Notes: a model not told the origin generated them from the letters alone. A stretch of DNA of 64,000 bases from an uncultured Thermodesulfobacteriota bacterium (GCA_964518865.1 CAZFIB010000003.1:10520-74519); one strand, 5' to 3'. Positions 49,821 to 60,094 are shown, counted from the first letter of the stretch. Numbers and translations are program-made.

Positions 49821-50383
49821 TCGGGCAGCGCCACATCAATTTCGCGCTCGCTTGTGCAGAAACGGTCGCCGCCGAGATGATGCAGCAGCTGCAAACCGTT
49901 CTCATAACACCAGCCGCCGTCTTTGAAATGCAGCTCTGCGGCACACGCAGCAAGAATCTGTGCGATAAGCAGCGATGATGCACCGAGGTCGACAATCTGG
50001 CACACACGGCACTCCAGATTTCCGACCGCTTCCGTTACCAGGGGGGCGCGAATCCTTTCGGCATTCTGACGCGTAAGCCCGAAACGCTCGAACTTGTCGG
50101 CAACCGTGCTGCCGCTTGTACGGCCGCACCCGAGCACGGCACCGGCTATGTCCGCCCCGGGAATATTGATGCCGAACTCACCCGTACGCTCAATGAAGGG
50201 ATAAGAATAATGACGCTTTCCGGACAGAATTGCAATCATTCCGGGATCCCGCCGCACCGGCATATTCCAGGTTACGGAAAATAAATTATCCTTTGTGCCG
50301 TCTCCCACGCTGATCAGGGCTACCGCGCCGGGGTTAAGCAGCCGGTAGGCATCCGCCGCTTTTGTGATAGCTGTTTTTTTCAT
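49808..50383 (-). CDS. flavin reductase-like (FMN-binding split-barrel) protein
   Basis: Start chosen at the internal ATG with an AGGAGG RBS (MKKTAITKA…). It is similar to the flavin reductase domain family. Confidence 0.7.
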   Translation of the reverse strand: MKKTAITKAADAYRLLNPGAVALISVGDGTKDNLFSVTWNMPVRRDPGMIAILSGKRHYSYPFIERTGEFGINIPGADIAGAVLGCGRTSGSTVADKFERFGLTRQNAERIRAPLVTEAVGNLECRVCQIVDLGASSLLIAQILAACAAELHFKDGGWCYENGLQLLHHLGGDRFCTSEREIDVALPDQET

Positions 50384-51026
50384 GCAATCCTCCTTGAGTT
50401 GTCTCGTCATCACAGTCCGCACCCGCCGGATGAGGGCTCGGCAATTCAACTAACGGGTGCTGAGTACGAAATACAGAATACGTGGTTATCCATACCGGTC
50501 GGGGTGCCGTACCGCCCGGCATGTTCGGAAACTTCCCCGTAGAAGTCATAAGATGCTATGATACCCTCTTCCAGGTCCGTCTGCAAGCGGCGGGAGGAAC
50601 CATGCCAGCGATTACTGTTACCGGATTCGGCTGTTTTTAATGCGTCATTATACCGGGATACCGGAACGAAAAAACTTTTTCCCTTGACTCGTCATACTGA
50701 ATATGCGATGGGTTGAAGAGAATCGCACTGCTGCAGACTGATGCAGTCAGTATCGGCACCGGCTTCACAGAAGCTGAAGAAAAACAAAACAGCACTGAAA
50801 TTTTCACGAGGATTTTACTGGATAAACAAGCTCTGCTCGTGCATACGCAAAGTCTTCGCCTGTCGAAAATCCCGACCGGTTGTCGGGGAAGGCGGGGGTT
50901 TTTCTCTTCGAGTGAGACAATAAAATTCGCTTTTGCGAGATTTATTATCAATTCCATCGAAGCAGACTCATGTACTGAGCCCTCGGGATTATAATTGATC
51001 TTGAGGGCTTTTTTTATGGAGGAAAT

Positions 51027-52076
51027 ATGCTGAAAATAAAAAAAACCGTTTATTATCATTCAGTTATGGCAGTAACCGTTATCCTTCTCAGCGGCTGCAG
51101 CAACAGTTCACCTCCGGCTGTATCCGAAAAAAACAACTCGCGGGAGATGCAGCCCGCGCGAACCGAACAGCAGGAGACTACTATGGTTGCACGAGTCAAT
51201 GGCGTTACCATTGCGGCGGCAGAAGTTGAAGATGAACTCAATAATTTTATTGCCCAGTATCGGGACAAGGTCCCGCCCGAAACCCTGCAGAAGATGAGAC
51301 CGACCCTGCAGCAGCAGGCTCTGGATAAGCTCATCAATACCGAGCTTCTTATGCAGGAAGCGGGACGCACAAACGTGAAACCGACTGAAAAAGAAATCGA
51401 GGCTGAGGTCGATGAGCTGAAAAACCGTTTTCCGTCACCTGAAGCATTTCAGCAGCGACTGGCCGATATCGGTGTAACCGACCAGAACCTTCGAGATGAT
51501 ATTATCAAGCAGCTGAAGATTACGTCTGTTGTAGAAACGGTGGTTGAAAATGTGCCTTCTGCCGAAGATGCTGCCATCAAAGACTATTACGACAGCAATC
51601 CCGATGATTTCCTGGTTCCTGAAAAAGTACGCGCAAGCCATATTCTTTGCATGATCAAGCAGGATGACAGCCAGAAGGCAAAAGAGATAAAACGAAAAAA
51701 AATTGAGCTGCTTAAAACGCAAATCGATAATGGCGCTGATTTTGCCGAAATTGCGCAGGAGCATTCCGAATGTCCCAGCGGAAAGCAGGGTGGAGATCTC
51801 GGTTTTTTTGAACGCGGCAAAATGGTAAAGCCGTTTGAGGATGCCGCTTTCAGTCTCAAAACCGGCGAGGTCAGCGATATTGTCGAAACTCCGTTCGGAT
51901 ATCACCTGATAAAAGTCTTCGACCGCATGCCTGAAAAAACACTTTCTTTTGACAATGCTTCAGACAAAATTGCCGACTATCTCAACGAGCAGAAGAAAAA
52001 TGAAGCAATTAATTCATTCATTCAGCAGCTGCGTGAGAAGGCAAAAATCGACTACGCCGATTCCACGCAAAACTAG
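51027..52076 (+). CDS. SurA/PrsA-like peptidyl-prolyl isomerase (parvulin domain) lipoprotein
   Basis: Lipobox (LLSGCSNS), an N-terminal chaperone-like domain, and a parvulin domain (…GGDLGFFERGKMVKPFEDAAF…FGYHLIKV). Confidence 0.85.
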   Translation: MLKIKKTVYYHSVMAVTVILLSGCSNSSPPAVSEKNNSREMQPARTEQQETTMVARVNGVTIAAAEVEDELNNFIAQYRDKVPPETLQKMRPTLQQQALDKLINTELLMQEAGRTNVKPTEKEIEAEVDELKNRFPSPEAFQQRLADIGVTDQNLRDDIIKQLKITSVVETVVENVPSAEDAAIKDYYDSNPDDFLVPEKVRASHILCMIKQDDSQKAKEIKRKKIELLKTQIDNGADFAEIAQEHSECPSGKQGGDLGFFERGKMVKPFEDAAFSLKTGEVSDIVETPFGYHLIKVFDRMPEKTLSFDNASDKIADYLNEQKKNEAINSFIQQLREKAKIDYADSTQN

Positions 52077-52111
52077 CGGTGCAGTACTGCGACGAGAAAG
52101 GAGACCAGGGC

Positions 52112-52405
52112 ATGTTTAAAGTAACCACAGCAGCAATGGAGGTACTGGCAGGAGCCCTCAAGCAGGATCAGACTGATGCTGAAATGCGTATCAGGCTGTA
52201 TGCTTCTGAGGAGGACCCGCAGCGCCTTGAGTTCGGCCTCGACAATGAGCGCGAAAATGACGTAGTGCTTTCAAGTGCTTCCGGCTCGGAGGTGCTGGTT
52301 ATTGAAAACGGACTTGCCGACAAAATCGACCGGCTTCAGCTGGACTTTCAGGAATCCGAGCAGGGCCCCGGATTCGTTCTCGAGCCCCAGCAGCTTGATT
52401 CGTAA
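52112..52405 (+). CDS. HesB/IscA-fold protein lacking cluster-ligating cysteines
   Basis: ATG preceded by an AGGAGA RBS. '…RLQLDFQESEQGPGFVLE' aligns with IscA '…TQLDFVKEGLNEGFKF', but all three Cys are absent. Confidence 0.45.
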   Translation: MFKVTTAAMEVLAGALKQDQTDAEMRIRLYASEEDPQRLEFGLDNERENDVVLSSASGSEVLVIENGLADKIDRLQLDFQESEQGPGFVLEPQQLDS

Positions 52406-53408
52406 GAGTATCTGCACACTCTGCCTGCAGATAATGCCGCAGCATATCTGAGGCCTCCCGCAGCCCGCTGAGCATTTCGTGTGCGGCAGCACCCCACATG
52501 ATTGAGGCATGCCCCAGCCCTTTGAGCTGCAGATATCTGACAGGTACTCCGGCATCCTCAAGACGCACGGCATAGGCCCTGCCCTCGTCACGCAGCACAT
52601 CCCTCTCCCCGGTGATGATCAGTGCCGGCGGCATACCGTTGAGATCATCGGCCAGCAGGGGCGATACCAGCGGATTGAAACGATCCGCAGGACGGGTAAG
52701 ATAACAGGACCGGAACAATATCATCTGCGATTTCAGCAGACCCGGCGGCTCTGAGAATCGCCGGTAGGAGTCCGTGTCGAAAGAGGCCAGATTGAGGGCG
52801 GGAAACACCAGGAGCTGAAAACGCGGTAACGGGCCGTCTCTCTTTTTTGCAAGCAGACACACTGCGGCAGCCAGATTGCCGCCGGCGCTCGATCCCCCCA
52901 CGCCGATCCGTTTTGTATCGCCACCGATGGTATCGGCATAGCGGTCGCACCATGAAAGAACCGCGTAGACATCCTCAAGCGCAGCAGGAAACCTGTGCTC
53001 AGGAGCCAGGCGATACGCTACGGATAAAACAATACATTTGCTGTCCGTTGCCAGAAAACGGCATGCCGGATCATGGGCCGCAATGCTTCCCGCTATCCAG
53101 CCGCCGCCATGCAGGTATATCAATACCGGATGAACACGGGTATCGCTGAACAACGGCCGGTACAGCCTGACATTGACCGGCCCATCGGGTCCGGGAATAG
53201 TTTCTTCTAAAATACTGCCGCTGAATACAATGGATTGACGGTGCTTTTCAGCCTGCTGCTGTAAAGCGGCACGTATCAGATCGGTACGCGTATGAACGGA
53301 GCACGCTGAAGCATGCACTACAATTAGTGTAATTAAAATTTTTTTTCCGGCAAAAAACACATTCCTCATATCTGTCTCCCTGCCGCTGAATGGATCGTCA
53401 GACAACAA
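52299..53408 (-). CDS. alpha/beta-hydrolase fold-3 esterase/lipase (HSL family), secreted
   Basis: Oxyanion 'HGGGW' and the nucleophile elbow 'GGSSAGG'. There is an N-terminal signal peptide. Confidence 0.8.
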   Translation of the reverse strand: MLSDDPFSGRETDMRNVFFAGKKILITLIVVHASACSVHTRTDLIRAALQQQAEKHRQSIVFSGSILEETIPGPDGPVNVRLYRPLFSDTRVHPVLIYLHGGGWIAGSIAAHDPACRFLATDSKCIVLSVAYRLAPEHRFPAALEDVYAVLSWCDRYADTIGGDTKRIGVGGSSAGGNLAAAVCLLAKKRDGPLPRFQLLVFPALNLASFDTDSYRRFSEPPGLLKSQMILFRSCYLTRPADRFNPLVSPLLADDLNGMPPALIITGERDVLRDEGRAYAVRLEDAGVPVRYLQLKGLGHASIMWGAAAHEMLSGLREASDMLRHYLQAECADTLTNQAAGARERIRGPARIPESPAEAGRFCRQVRFQ

Positions 53409-53713
53409 TTAAGATATATTTAAGAAGCACCAAAGGCATCTCTCTGCTTTGTTTTGGCATACTGGACAGCATGGAAACAAAGTAATGTGTAAAAAAGTTT
53501 TAACCTCTTTCTCAACTCTAATGATCCAACAGTCTAAAAGCAATTACCTTTTCTGATTGGCCACTGTTTTTCCCCGCTGCGGAATCGGTTTTATTAATTT
53601 ACTTTTATTATAATAAATCTATAAAACAGGTCTTTTAGAATGGTCTATAATTAAATATATTTTTAGATTTTTACAACAAGCACAAATTTTTTTAATAAAT
53701 GTGCATTTTTTTC

Positions 53714-53743
53714 TTGACATATTTTTTTCAAAACATTAATAAT
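53714..53743 (+). promoter_or_regulatory. candidate sigma70 promoter TTGACA-N17-TAATAA
   Basis: Read in the AT-rich leader, ~65 nt upstream of the ATG at 53806. Confidence 0.4.
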
Positions 53744-53757
53744 GATTATCAAATTCT

Positions 53758-53793
53758 ATATGTGGTGTGTTAATTATCGGTTAACCACAATAT
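53758..53793 (+). promoter_or_regulatory. inverted repeat (ATATGTGGT-N17-ACCACAATAT) between promoter and RBS; embeds GGTTAACC palindrome
   Basis: Operator-like dyad overlapping the probable TSS. The half-sites resemble NrdR-box halves (aCACaATAT) only partially. Confidence 0.3.
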
Positions 53794-53805
53794 CAGGGGG
53801 GAGTC

Positions 53806-54120
53806 ATGACACGAAATGAATTAAGCAGTTACCTGGAAAGCAACCAAAACATTGAGTGGTTTGACAGCCCGGAAGAACAGCAGATGCACTTCAGAAACAT
53901 GCTGCTTGACTGGTATAGAAAAGATGAAAGCCGGTCAACAGCGGTAAAGTACTGGAAACTGGACAACATTACCCCGGAAGAACTGGAACGTGAAATCAAC
54001 AGAGGCTTGATGGTGGAAGGCATCACCCGCATTACCGGCTATTTTACCAAGGTCCCCGGCTGGAATCCCGGAAAACGTGCTGAGCTTCGTGACCGCAGAA
54101 AATTTTCGCTCAGCGCATAG
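53806..54120 (+). CDS. small glycyl-radical-domain-like protein resembling the NrdD C-terminus
   Basis: GGGGGAG RBS. 'RITGYFTKVPGWNPGKRAELRDR' has the same spacing and residues as the class III RNR C-terminal 'R-x-C-G-Y-x6-W-N-x-G-K-x2-E-x3-R' region. It has no Zn-ribbon cysteines. GC is lower than the genome average. Confidence 0.45.
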   Translation: MTRNELSSYLESNQNIEWFDSPEEQQMHFRNMLLDWYRKDESRSTAVKYWKLDNITPEELEREINRGLMVEGITRITGYFTKVPGWNPGKRAELRDRRKFSLSA

Positions 54121-54427
54121 TTCTGAAAAATTTGTACTCTAAAAAAGCAGTGCATGATTAAATTGTTACTGCTTTTTTTATTTAAAGACACTGCTCGATT
54201 TTCGGGCTGCCTGGCTGAATGCTGCCGGTGACGATAGCAAATAAATCACAGCAACCAGCATTATCAACAGGCAGTCAACAATAGTCGTTGCATGACCATT
54301 ATACTGAATATATTGTGGTATCAGACGTTGCACACACAAGATATCAACAGTAAAGAGCATTTCCAATCGTATGCCTGCTGCATTCATTCAGCGGTATAAA
54401 ATACATCCTGGCATACGGAAATTTTCA

Positions 54428-54730
54428 TTAAGCCCTGAGTGTAAGAATTTTGGCTGATGCCGTGCCGGGGGTAAGCTGGGATGAGTTGAAAGAGTTGCTG
54501 TAGGGTTCTATCTCCAGAAAACTCGAGAGAAGTTCGCTGTTTTTTTTCCATACGGATTCATCCTCATGAAGCCAGTCCGGAAAAATCCCGCTGGCGACAT
54601 ACCATTTGACCCTGTGCCGTCTGCAGATAAACCAATGGTCTCTCCCGATATTCAGGTATCCGCTGGTCCGGCCGCATTTGGGACAAACACCGAAATGAGC
54701 AGACTTTCTTAATTTTATTACTTTTTTCAT
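54428..54730 (-). CDS. small CxxC zinc-ribbon-like protein
   Basis: 100 aa with 'VCPKCGRTSGYLN…HWFICRRH'. No family is recognised. Confidence 0.35.
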   Translation of the reverse strand: MKKVIKLRKSAHFGVCPKCGRTSGYLNIGRDHWFICRRHRVKWYVASGIFPDWLHEDESVWKKNSELLSSFLEIEPYSNSFNSSQLTPGTASAKILTLRA

Positions 54731-54858
54731 TAAAACACCTTATTGCACTAAAATCATCTATGAACAATATATAGTGGTTTGCCATTTTCCTGCTCTATAT
54801 ATTGTATATTTTCGACACCCGAAAGAACAACTTGAACGTTTTTTTGCCTTTACGGTAA

Positions 54859-55254
54859 TTACATCCACCTGATCCTGATGAGGATATATCCCGGCACAGT
54901 TCCGATACATGCTGCAATAAAATTTATCAGCATATCCATATTTGAACACTGTCTGTAGGGTATTCGCAGCTGCAGAAACTCGACTAGTATTCCATATGCT
55001 GCGGCCAGCAGCACAGCGAAAAAACAGGGATGGGTAATACGTCGATCATGCAGATAAAAAACCAGCATGAATGAAAAAAGTGCATAGGCACCGATATGTG
55101 CTGAAAACCCCGAATTCAGCCCGTCATCCCGGGCCGGAATAATCGAAAAAAACAGTATAAGTGCTGCCAGCACAAAAACAGCACCCGCGTAGGCATCATA
55201 CTGCCTGGCGATTGAATCGATTTTTACAAATATTTTTTTAAGCGTGTTCTGCAC
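54859..55254 (-). CDS. VanZ-like family membrane protein
   Basis: 131 aa, 4 TM, with 'ILVEFLQLRIPYRQCSNMDMLINFIAACIG' matching the VanZ motif (E..Q…R…D…N). Confidence 0.55.
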   Translation of the reverse strand: MQNTLKKIFVKIDSIARQYDAYAGAVFVLAALILFFSIIPARDDGLNSGFSAHIGAYALFSFMLVFYLHDRRITHPCFFAVLLAAAYGILVEFLQLRIPYRQCSNMDMLINFIAACIGTVPGYILIRIRWM

Positions 55255-55342
55255 AGGCTTATCGTGCCTCGCCTAAATTTTATTCTTTGACCTAAAGACA
55301 GGTTTATGATTTAACCTACCATATATCCGTGTATATGGTTGC

Positions 55343-55888
55343 ATGAAAAAACCGATGTGTAAAAACAAGCCAGAAAAGCTTCTCTTTTTCCTTGCAGTGC
55401 TGCTCTCGACAGCATCGGCCCATGCCGGAAATGAAACCGTCAAGTTTCATTATCCCGACGGAACGCTCCAGGCCGAATATCGGCTCAAAAACCGGGTGAT
55501 CGACGGTGTCAGCAAAAAATATTATAAAAAGGGTACGCTGCAGTCAGAAGAGTTGTACAAAAACGGAACACTTGACGGTGTCTGCAGGTATTATTACCGG
55601 AACGGAAAGCTGAAAAAACAGGAGACGTATGTCGAGGGCTCGCGCCACGGTACCAGCAGGCTCTACCATAAAAACGGCTCTTTGAAAGCGAAGTTCGAAT
55701 TCATCCACGGAAAAATAAACGGAATCGGCAACGTCTATGCCCCTGACGGAACACTGCTTGCTGAAGGAATATATAAAAACGGCAGGCGCCACGGCGAGAC
55801 GCGGCTCTATAATCCGGATGGAACGCTGCGAAGCATTGATACGTACCGTGACGGTGTGAGAATCAAACGCACACCGGCTGAGAAGTGA
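55343..55888 (+). CDS. secreted MORN-variant repeat protein (YwqK-like)
   Basis: Signal peptide plus ~6 tandem 'Y..NG.L…G' repeats. Confidence 0.6.
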   Translation: MKKPMCKNKPEKLLFFLAVLLSTASAHAGNETVKFHYPDGTLQAEYRLKNRVIDGVSKKYYKKGTLQSEELYKNGTLDGVCRYYYRNGKLKKQETYVEGSRHGTSRLYHKNGSLKAKFEFIHGKINGIGNVYAPDGTLLAEGIYKNGRRHGETRLYNPDGTLRSIDTYRDGVRIKRTPAEK

Positions 55889-55929
55889 TTTATATAATTT
55901 TCTTTCAAGGCTGTCGCTCGACAGCCTCG

Positions 55930-56820
55930 CTAAACGATCTTCCTCTCTTCATCAAGCGCCTTGATATACATATCCGCCTCGAAATAATAATAGGCACCGG
56001 TTTCCGGGAAGTCGTACTGAATGCGTTTCAGAAGACTGCGCAGCAGCTCTTTATCGCCGCGCGGTAATGCTGCCTGAAACTGATCGATCACATCGAGCTT
56101 GCGGCTCATGGGCACCTTTTGAGTAAAATGATCCCCCAGATGTTCTATGCCCAGTTCCCTGTTTATTATTTTTTTCAAAAGGCGGAAGAGCGGCTGTTCG
56201 ATATCCGAAAACAGTATACTGAGCCAGGATTCCGTGTTAAGGCCCGACACCCAGTACGGTGGCGTGTAGTATGAGTAATAGCCCTGGTTGAGTTCCGTCA
56301 GGCGGTCCATCAGTCCGTATACATCTTCGGGCTTGAACTCAGCACCGTCACAGGATGATTTGGGACAGTGAACACTGTATTTGAGACCGGTCTGCTCGAG
56401 CACGGGATGCCCGTGCAGCCTGCAGGCCAGGCTTCGCCCCGGATATACACCGCACAGCTTATCGGCTGTTTGAAATCGGCACATGAGATGGCCGGGAAAA
56501 TCAGGATGCTCGGGAACGGTGCGGGAAAGTGCAGACACAAGAAAATCAGGGGTTTCGAGCATATGGCTCATCAGGAAACAAAACTCGATGAGCGTCATAT
56601 GCGGACTGACACAGCACTCTCCGCACGCCTTGCACATTACCGCCGGAACATGGTCGTAAATATCGTTACGTAGGGCTTGATAGGAAGAGGCAAGAATGCC
56701 CACTATGCAGTCGCCTCCCTGCGCCTGATACGGTTCATTGGTGAATTGCCTGCATCCGGCACGTCCCTGCACCGGAACCGATCTATTACTTTTCTTAGTA
56801 CGTATCGGCTGTTCAGTCAT
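55930..56820 (-). CDS. YkgJ-family CxxCxxCC cysteine-cluster protein
   Basis: 'CKACGECC' matches the PF03692-type zinc/iron-chelating motif. Confidence 0.65.
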   Translation of the reverse strand: MTEQPIRTKKSNRSVPVQGRAGCRQFTNEPYQAQGGDCIVGILASSYQALRNDIYDHVPAVMCKACGECCVSPHMTLIEFCFLMSHMLETPDFLVSALSRTVPEHPDFPGHLMCRFQTADKLCGVYPGRSLACRLHGHPVLEQTGLKYSVHCPKSSCDGAEFKPEDVYGLMDRLTELNQGYYSYYTPPYWVSGLNTESWLSILFSDIEQPLFRLLKKIINRELGIEHLGDHFTQKVPMSRKLDVIDQFQAALPRGDKELLRSLLKRIQYDFPETGAYYYFEADMYIKALDEERKIV

Positions 56821-57493
56821 ATTTCTTAATACATGCGTTTTGTTTTGTCAGAATGCACAAAAAACCTTTTCATCACGCGGCATCTGCCTGACGCCGTTCC
56901 CGGAATTTCAAAAGCGCTTTACAAGCGCATCGAGCACAACGTCCTGCTGCATGCACGCGCAGGCATATGCCGGTATCAGTGAATATATGTCACTGAAACA
57001 ATGAGTCTGAATCAACAGATTGCGCTTTATGTGTTTCGAATCCGAGGATGTTCCTTTCCTGCGCCTGTCTGCCTGATCGAAATATAGAACTGTCGCCATA
57101 CGATTGTGTCTCCCGCACAGCAACATTTCAAAAACCGTTCCAAATTATTCAGCAAAAATAGTATAAGCTATTGCAACTACTTACGGGACATCGCAGAAGC
57201 GCAAGGGCCGGGACATGCTGAGCAGCGTCAAAAATCGGATAGTCGTGCATGCTTTTCCGACGAGCAGCTGAAAACATTTTCTACTGTGCTTTTATTGAAA
57301 TCGACAAAAATACACACTATTTTACTTTTCCTGACAACCGCCTTTTAAGCTTTTGCTGAAACTGCAGATACAAAGAGAGAGCGGGGGTATCCCGGAGAGG
57401 TCGGTACAAAAACGACGTTTCCGGACCGGTGCGTTCGGCTGCCCGGCCTGTGAGTAATCGCCGGAGGCAGGCGAACGCATGCTGCCGGGAGCA

Positions 57494-58834
57494 TCAGCGG
57501 CGGAAATAGTCCATCGTCTCCTGGTACACCACATAGCTGAGACCCAGCAGTCCTACCAGATTCGGCACCGCCATGAGCCCGTTCATGGCATCTGAAAAAT
57601 TCCACACCACAGCCACCTTGGCAATTGCTCCCACGACAATCAGGCAGCAGAATACGACCCGGTACGGTACCCGGGCCCGGATGCCGAACAAAAACTCGAT
57701 GCACTCCTCGCCGTAATACGACCAGCCGATAAGCGTCGAGTAGGCAAACACCGAAAGGCCGATGGCCACTATGTACTTGCCGAAACCCGGCAGAAAGGTT
57801 TCGAACGCATGGGCGGTGAGGCTCGAGCTCTGCAGCCCGCTCTGCCAGACATCCGGCGACAGAAGAATGACAAACGCTGTTGTCGAGCAGATGATGACGG
57901 TGTCTATGAGCACCTCGGTCATGGAAATCAGGCCCTGGCGGACCGGGCTGTCCGTCTTTGCCGCCGCATGGGCAATAGGTGCGCTTCCCAGCCCCGCCTC
58001 ATTGGAAAACACGCCCCGCGCAAATCCGTAGCGGACCGCCTGCGCTACGGCCGCGCCGGCGAACCCTCCGCCTGCTGCACAGGGCGTAAAGGCATGCGTA
58101 ACGATGAGCTGCAGAACCGAGGGCAGCCGTGCACTGTTCATCAGAATGATAAGCAGGCCGAAGCCCAGATAAAAAATACCCATAACCGGCACGACCTTCG
58201 CCGTCACGCTGCCGATGCGGCGAATGCCCCCGATAATAACAAGGCCCGTGAGCAGGCACAGGACGATACCGGTAACGTACGACGGCACACCGAAGGCATC
58301 CCGCAGGGCCAGCGACACGGAATTGGACTGCACCATGTTGCCTATTCCCATGGCAGCCAGCGAGCCGCAGAAAGCAAACACGATACCCAGCCAGCGCAGC
58401 CCCAGGCCCTGGCTCAGATACTGCATCGGCCCGCCCGAAATTGTGCCGTCAGGGAGGTGCTGCCGGTATTTTACGGCAAGCACCGCTTCGCTGTACTTGG
58501 TAGCCATGCCGAAAAAAGCGCAGACCCACATCCAGAAAATCGCGCCCGGCCCGCCGAGGCTGATGGCTGTCGCGACGCCGGCGATATTGCCGGTACCGAC
58601 CGTGGCCGACAGGGCGGTGGTAAGTGCCTGAAAGGGGCTGATATCCCCTTCCGTATCATCCGCCGCCGGGGTGAGCACCAGCCGTATGGAATGGACAAGT
58701 TTGCGGATATTTATAAACCGCAGAATAATGGTCAGAATAAAGCCGGTGCCGACAAGCAGCATAAGCATGTACTGGCCCCAGACAAAACTGCTCAATGCGC
58801 TCAGCATGACATCAATACGTTCCAGCATATACAA
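57494..58834 (-). CDS. alanine/glycine:cation symporter (AGCS family)
   Basis: 'SATVGTGNIAGVATAISLGGPGAIFWMW' is the AGCS signature. The protein has 11 TM helices. Confidence 0.9.
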   Translation of the reverse strand: MYMLERIDVMLSALSSFVWGQYMLMLLVGTGFILTIILRFINIRKLVHSIRLVLTPAADDTEGDISPFQALTTALSATVGTGNIAGVATAISLGGPGAIFWMWVCAFFGMATKYSEAVLAVKYRQHLPDGTISGGPMQYLSQGLGLRWLGIVFAFCGSLAAMGIGNMVQSNSVSLALRDAFGVPSYVTGIVLCLLTGLVIIGGIRRIGSVTAKVVPVMGIFYLGFGLLIILMNSARLPSVLQLIVTHAFTPCAAGGGFAGAAVAQAVRYGFARGVFSNEAGLGSAPIAHAAAKTDSPVRQGLISMTEVLIDTVIICSTTAFVILLSPDVWQSGLQSSSLTAHAFETFLPGFGKYIVAIGLSVFAYSTLIGWSYYGEECIEFLFGIRARVPYRVVFCCLIVVGAIAKVAVVWNFSDAMNGLMAVPNLVGLLGLSYVVYQETMDYFRR

Positions 58835-58895
58835 AATCTCCCTCCATGATACATCGAGTGAACCCGCCGAACACGGACAGTGCCGCTCGGCTTAC

Positions 58896-60005
58896 CTAAA
58901 CAGCCAGCATGCCGGCGGGCTCCTGCCAGGCAAGTCCGTGCGCCTCAGCCACACCCCGGTTTACAATCCGTCCTCTGATAATATTCAATCCCTTCAGAAG
59001 ATCCTCACGCGCAAAAGCAGCCTCCCCCTTGTTTGCAAGTTCGAGCGCATAGGGCAGCGTCGCACCTGTCAGCGCCAGGGTTGCGGTGCGCGGGAAAATG
59101 CCGGGCATATTCGCCACACAGTAGTGAATCACGCCGTGCTCGATAAAAACGGGGTCGCTGTGAGTTGTTGGCCGGGTGGTTTCACAGCAGCCGCCCTGAT
59201 CGACAGAGATATCCACAATGACCGACCCTGCCTCCATCGAGGCAACCATGTCTGCGGTTACCAGCCTCGGCGACCGGCTGCCCGGAACGTGAATCGTCCC
59301 GATAACGGCATCGGCTTTCTGTATCTGTTCGGCGATACTATCCTGCTGCGGCGGAGCTATCAAGGCAGCGGGGAAGGCCCGCTCAAGTTTTCCGGCCGTA
59401 TCGCTGTTTTTTTCAATGATACACACATCAGCGCCGATTCCGACGGCAACTGCCGCTGAAGCCCGGCCGGCGGTGCCGCCGCCCAGTATCAGAAATCGCG
59501 CGGGCGGCACATTCCCGACAGCGCTTGCAAGCACCCCCTTGCCGCCCGCAGGGCGGGAAAGGCAGTTTGCCGCAACCAGGGGCGCCATTTTGCCGGCGAT
59601 TTCGCTCATGGGAGCCAGCAGCGGCGTCGCGCCCGCTGCCGTTTGAACGGTTTCATAGGCCACGCATACGGCCCCGCACTCCATCATCGCGCGGGTAAGC
59701 TCGAGGCTCGAGGCAAAATGAAAAAAAGTGAACAGAATCTGCCCGCGGCGACACAGCGCATACTCGGGTGGAAGAGGTTCTTTTATTTTGACGATCAAAT
59801 CCGCGCGCCCGAACACATCCGCAGCCGAGGAAACGATCTCTGCACCGGCGTTCCGGTAGGCGTTATCGCTGCAGCCGCTCCCCTCGCCCGCACCCCGCTG
59901 GATGAGCACGCTGTGGCCTGCACTGACAAAACAGGCTGAGCTTTCAGGTGTTATCGCCACCCGGTGCTCGCTGTCCTTGATCTCTCGGACGGTACCGACT
60001 ATCAC
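58896..60005 (-). CDS. ald: alanine dehydrogenase
   Basis: Rossmann motif 'ILGGGTAGRASA'. The start is set at an internal GTG (VIVGTVREIK ~ MKIGVPKEIK) with a GGGGGA RBS. The ORF table extends to 60059. Confidence 0.85.
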   Translation of the reverse strand: MIVGTVREIKDSEHRVAITPESSACFVSAGHSVLIQRGAGEGSGCSDNAYRNAGAEIVSSAADVFGRADLIVKIKEPLPPEYALCRRGQILFTFFHFASSLELTRAMMECGAVCVAYETVQTAAGATPLLAPMSEIAGKMAPLVAANCLSRPAGGKGVLASAVGNVPPARFLILGGGTAGRASAAVAVGIGADVCIIEKNSDTAGKLERAFPAALIAPPQQDSIAEQIQKADAVIGTIHVPGSRSPRLVTADMVASMEAGSVIVDISVDQGGCCETTRPTTHSDPVFIEHGVIHYCVANMPGIFPRTATLALTGATLPYALELANKGEAAFAREDLLKGLNIIRGRIVNRGVAEAHGLAWQEPAGMLAV

Positions 60006-60094
60006 TGCCGAATCCCCCGGCGTACACACAGCACATGCTGTGTATCCAGAACATAGCAAAGGGGTGGCATCCCGTCAATACGTGCGGGCAGGTA

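Noticed and set aside
50637-51059. 140-aa minus-strand ORF
   Set aside because: It lies in the AT-rich leader of the PPIase gene, overlaps its start, and has no motifs.
53758-53793. NrdR box upstream of NrdD-like gene
   Set aside because: Only half-site resemblance, so it is reported just as a generic dyad operator.
57020-57045. tRNA-like TTCGAATCC T-loop
   Set aside because: There is no complementary T-stem or acceptor stem.
57809-58849. 346-aa plus-strand ORF
   Set aside because: It is antisense to the AGCS transporter.
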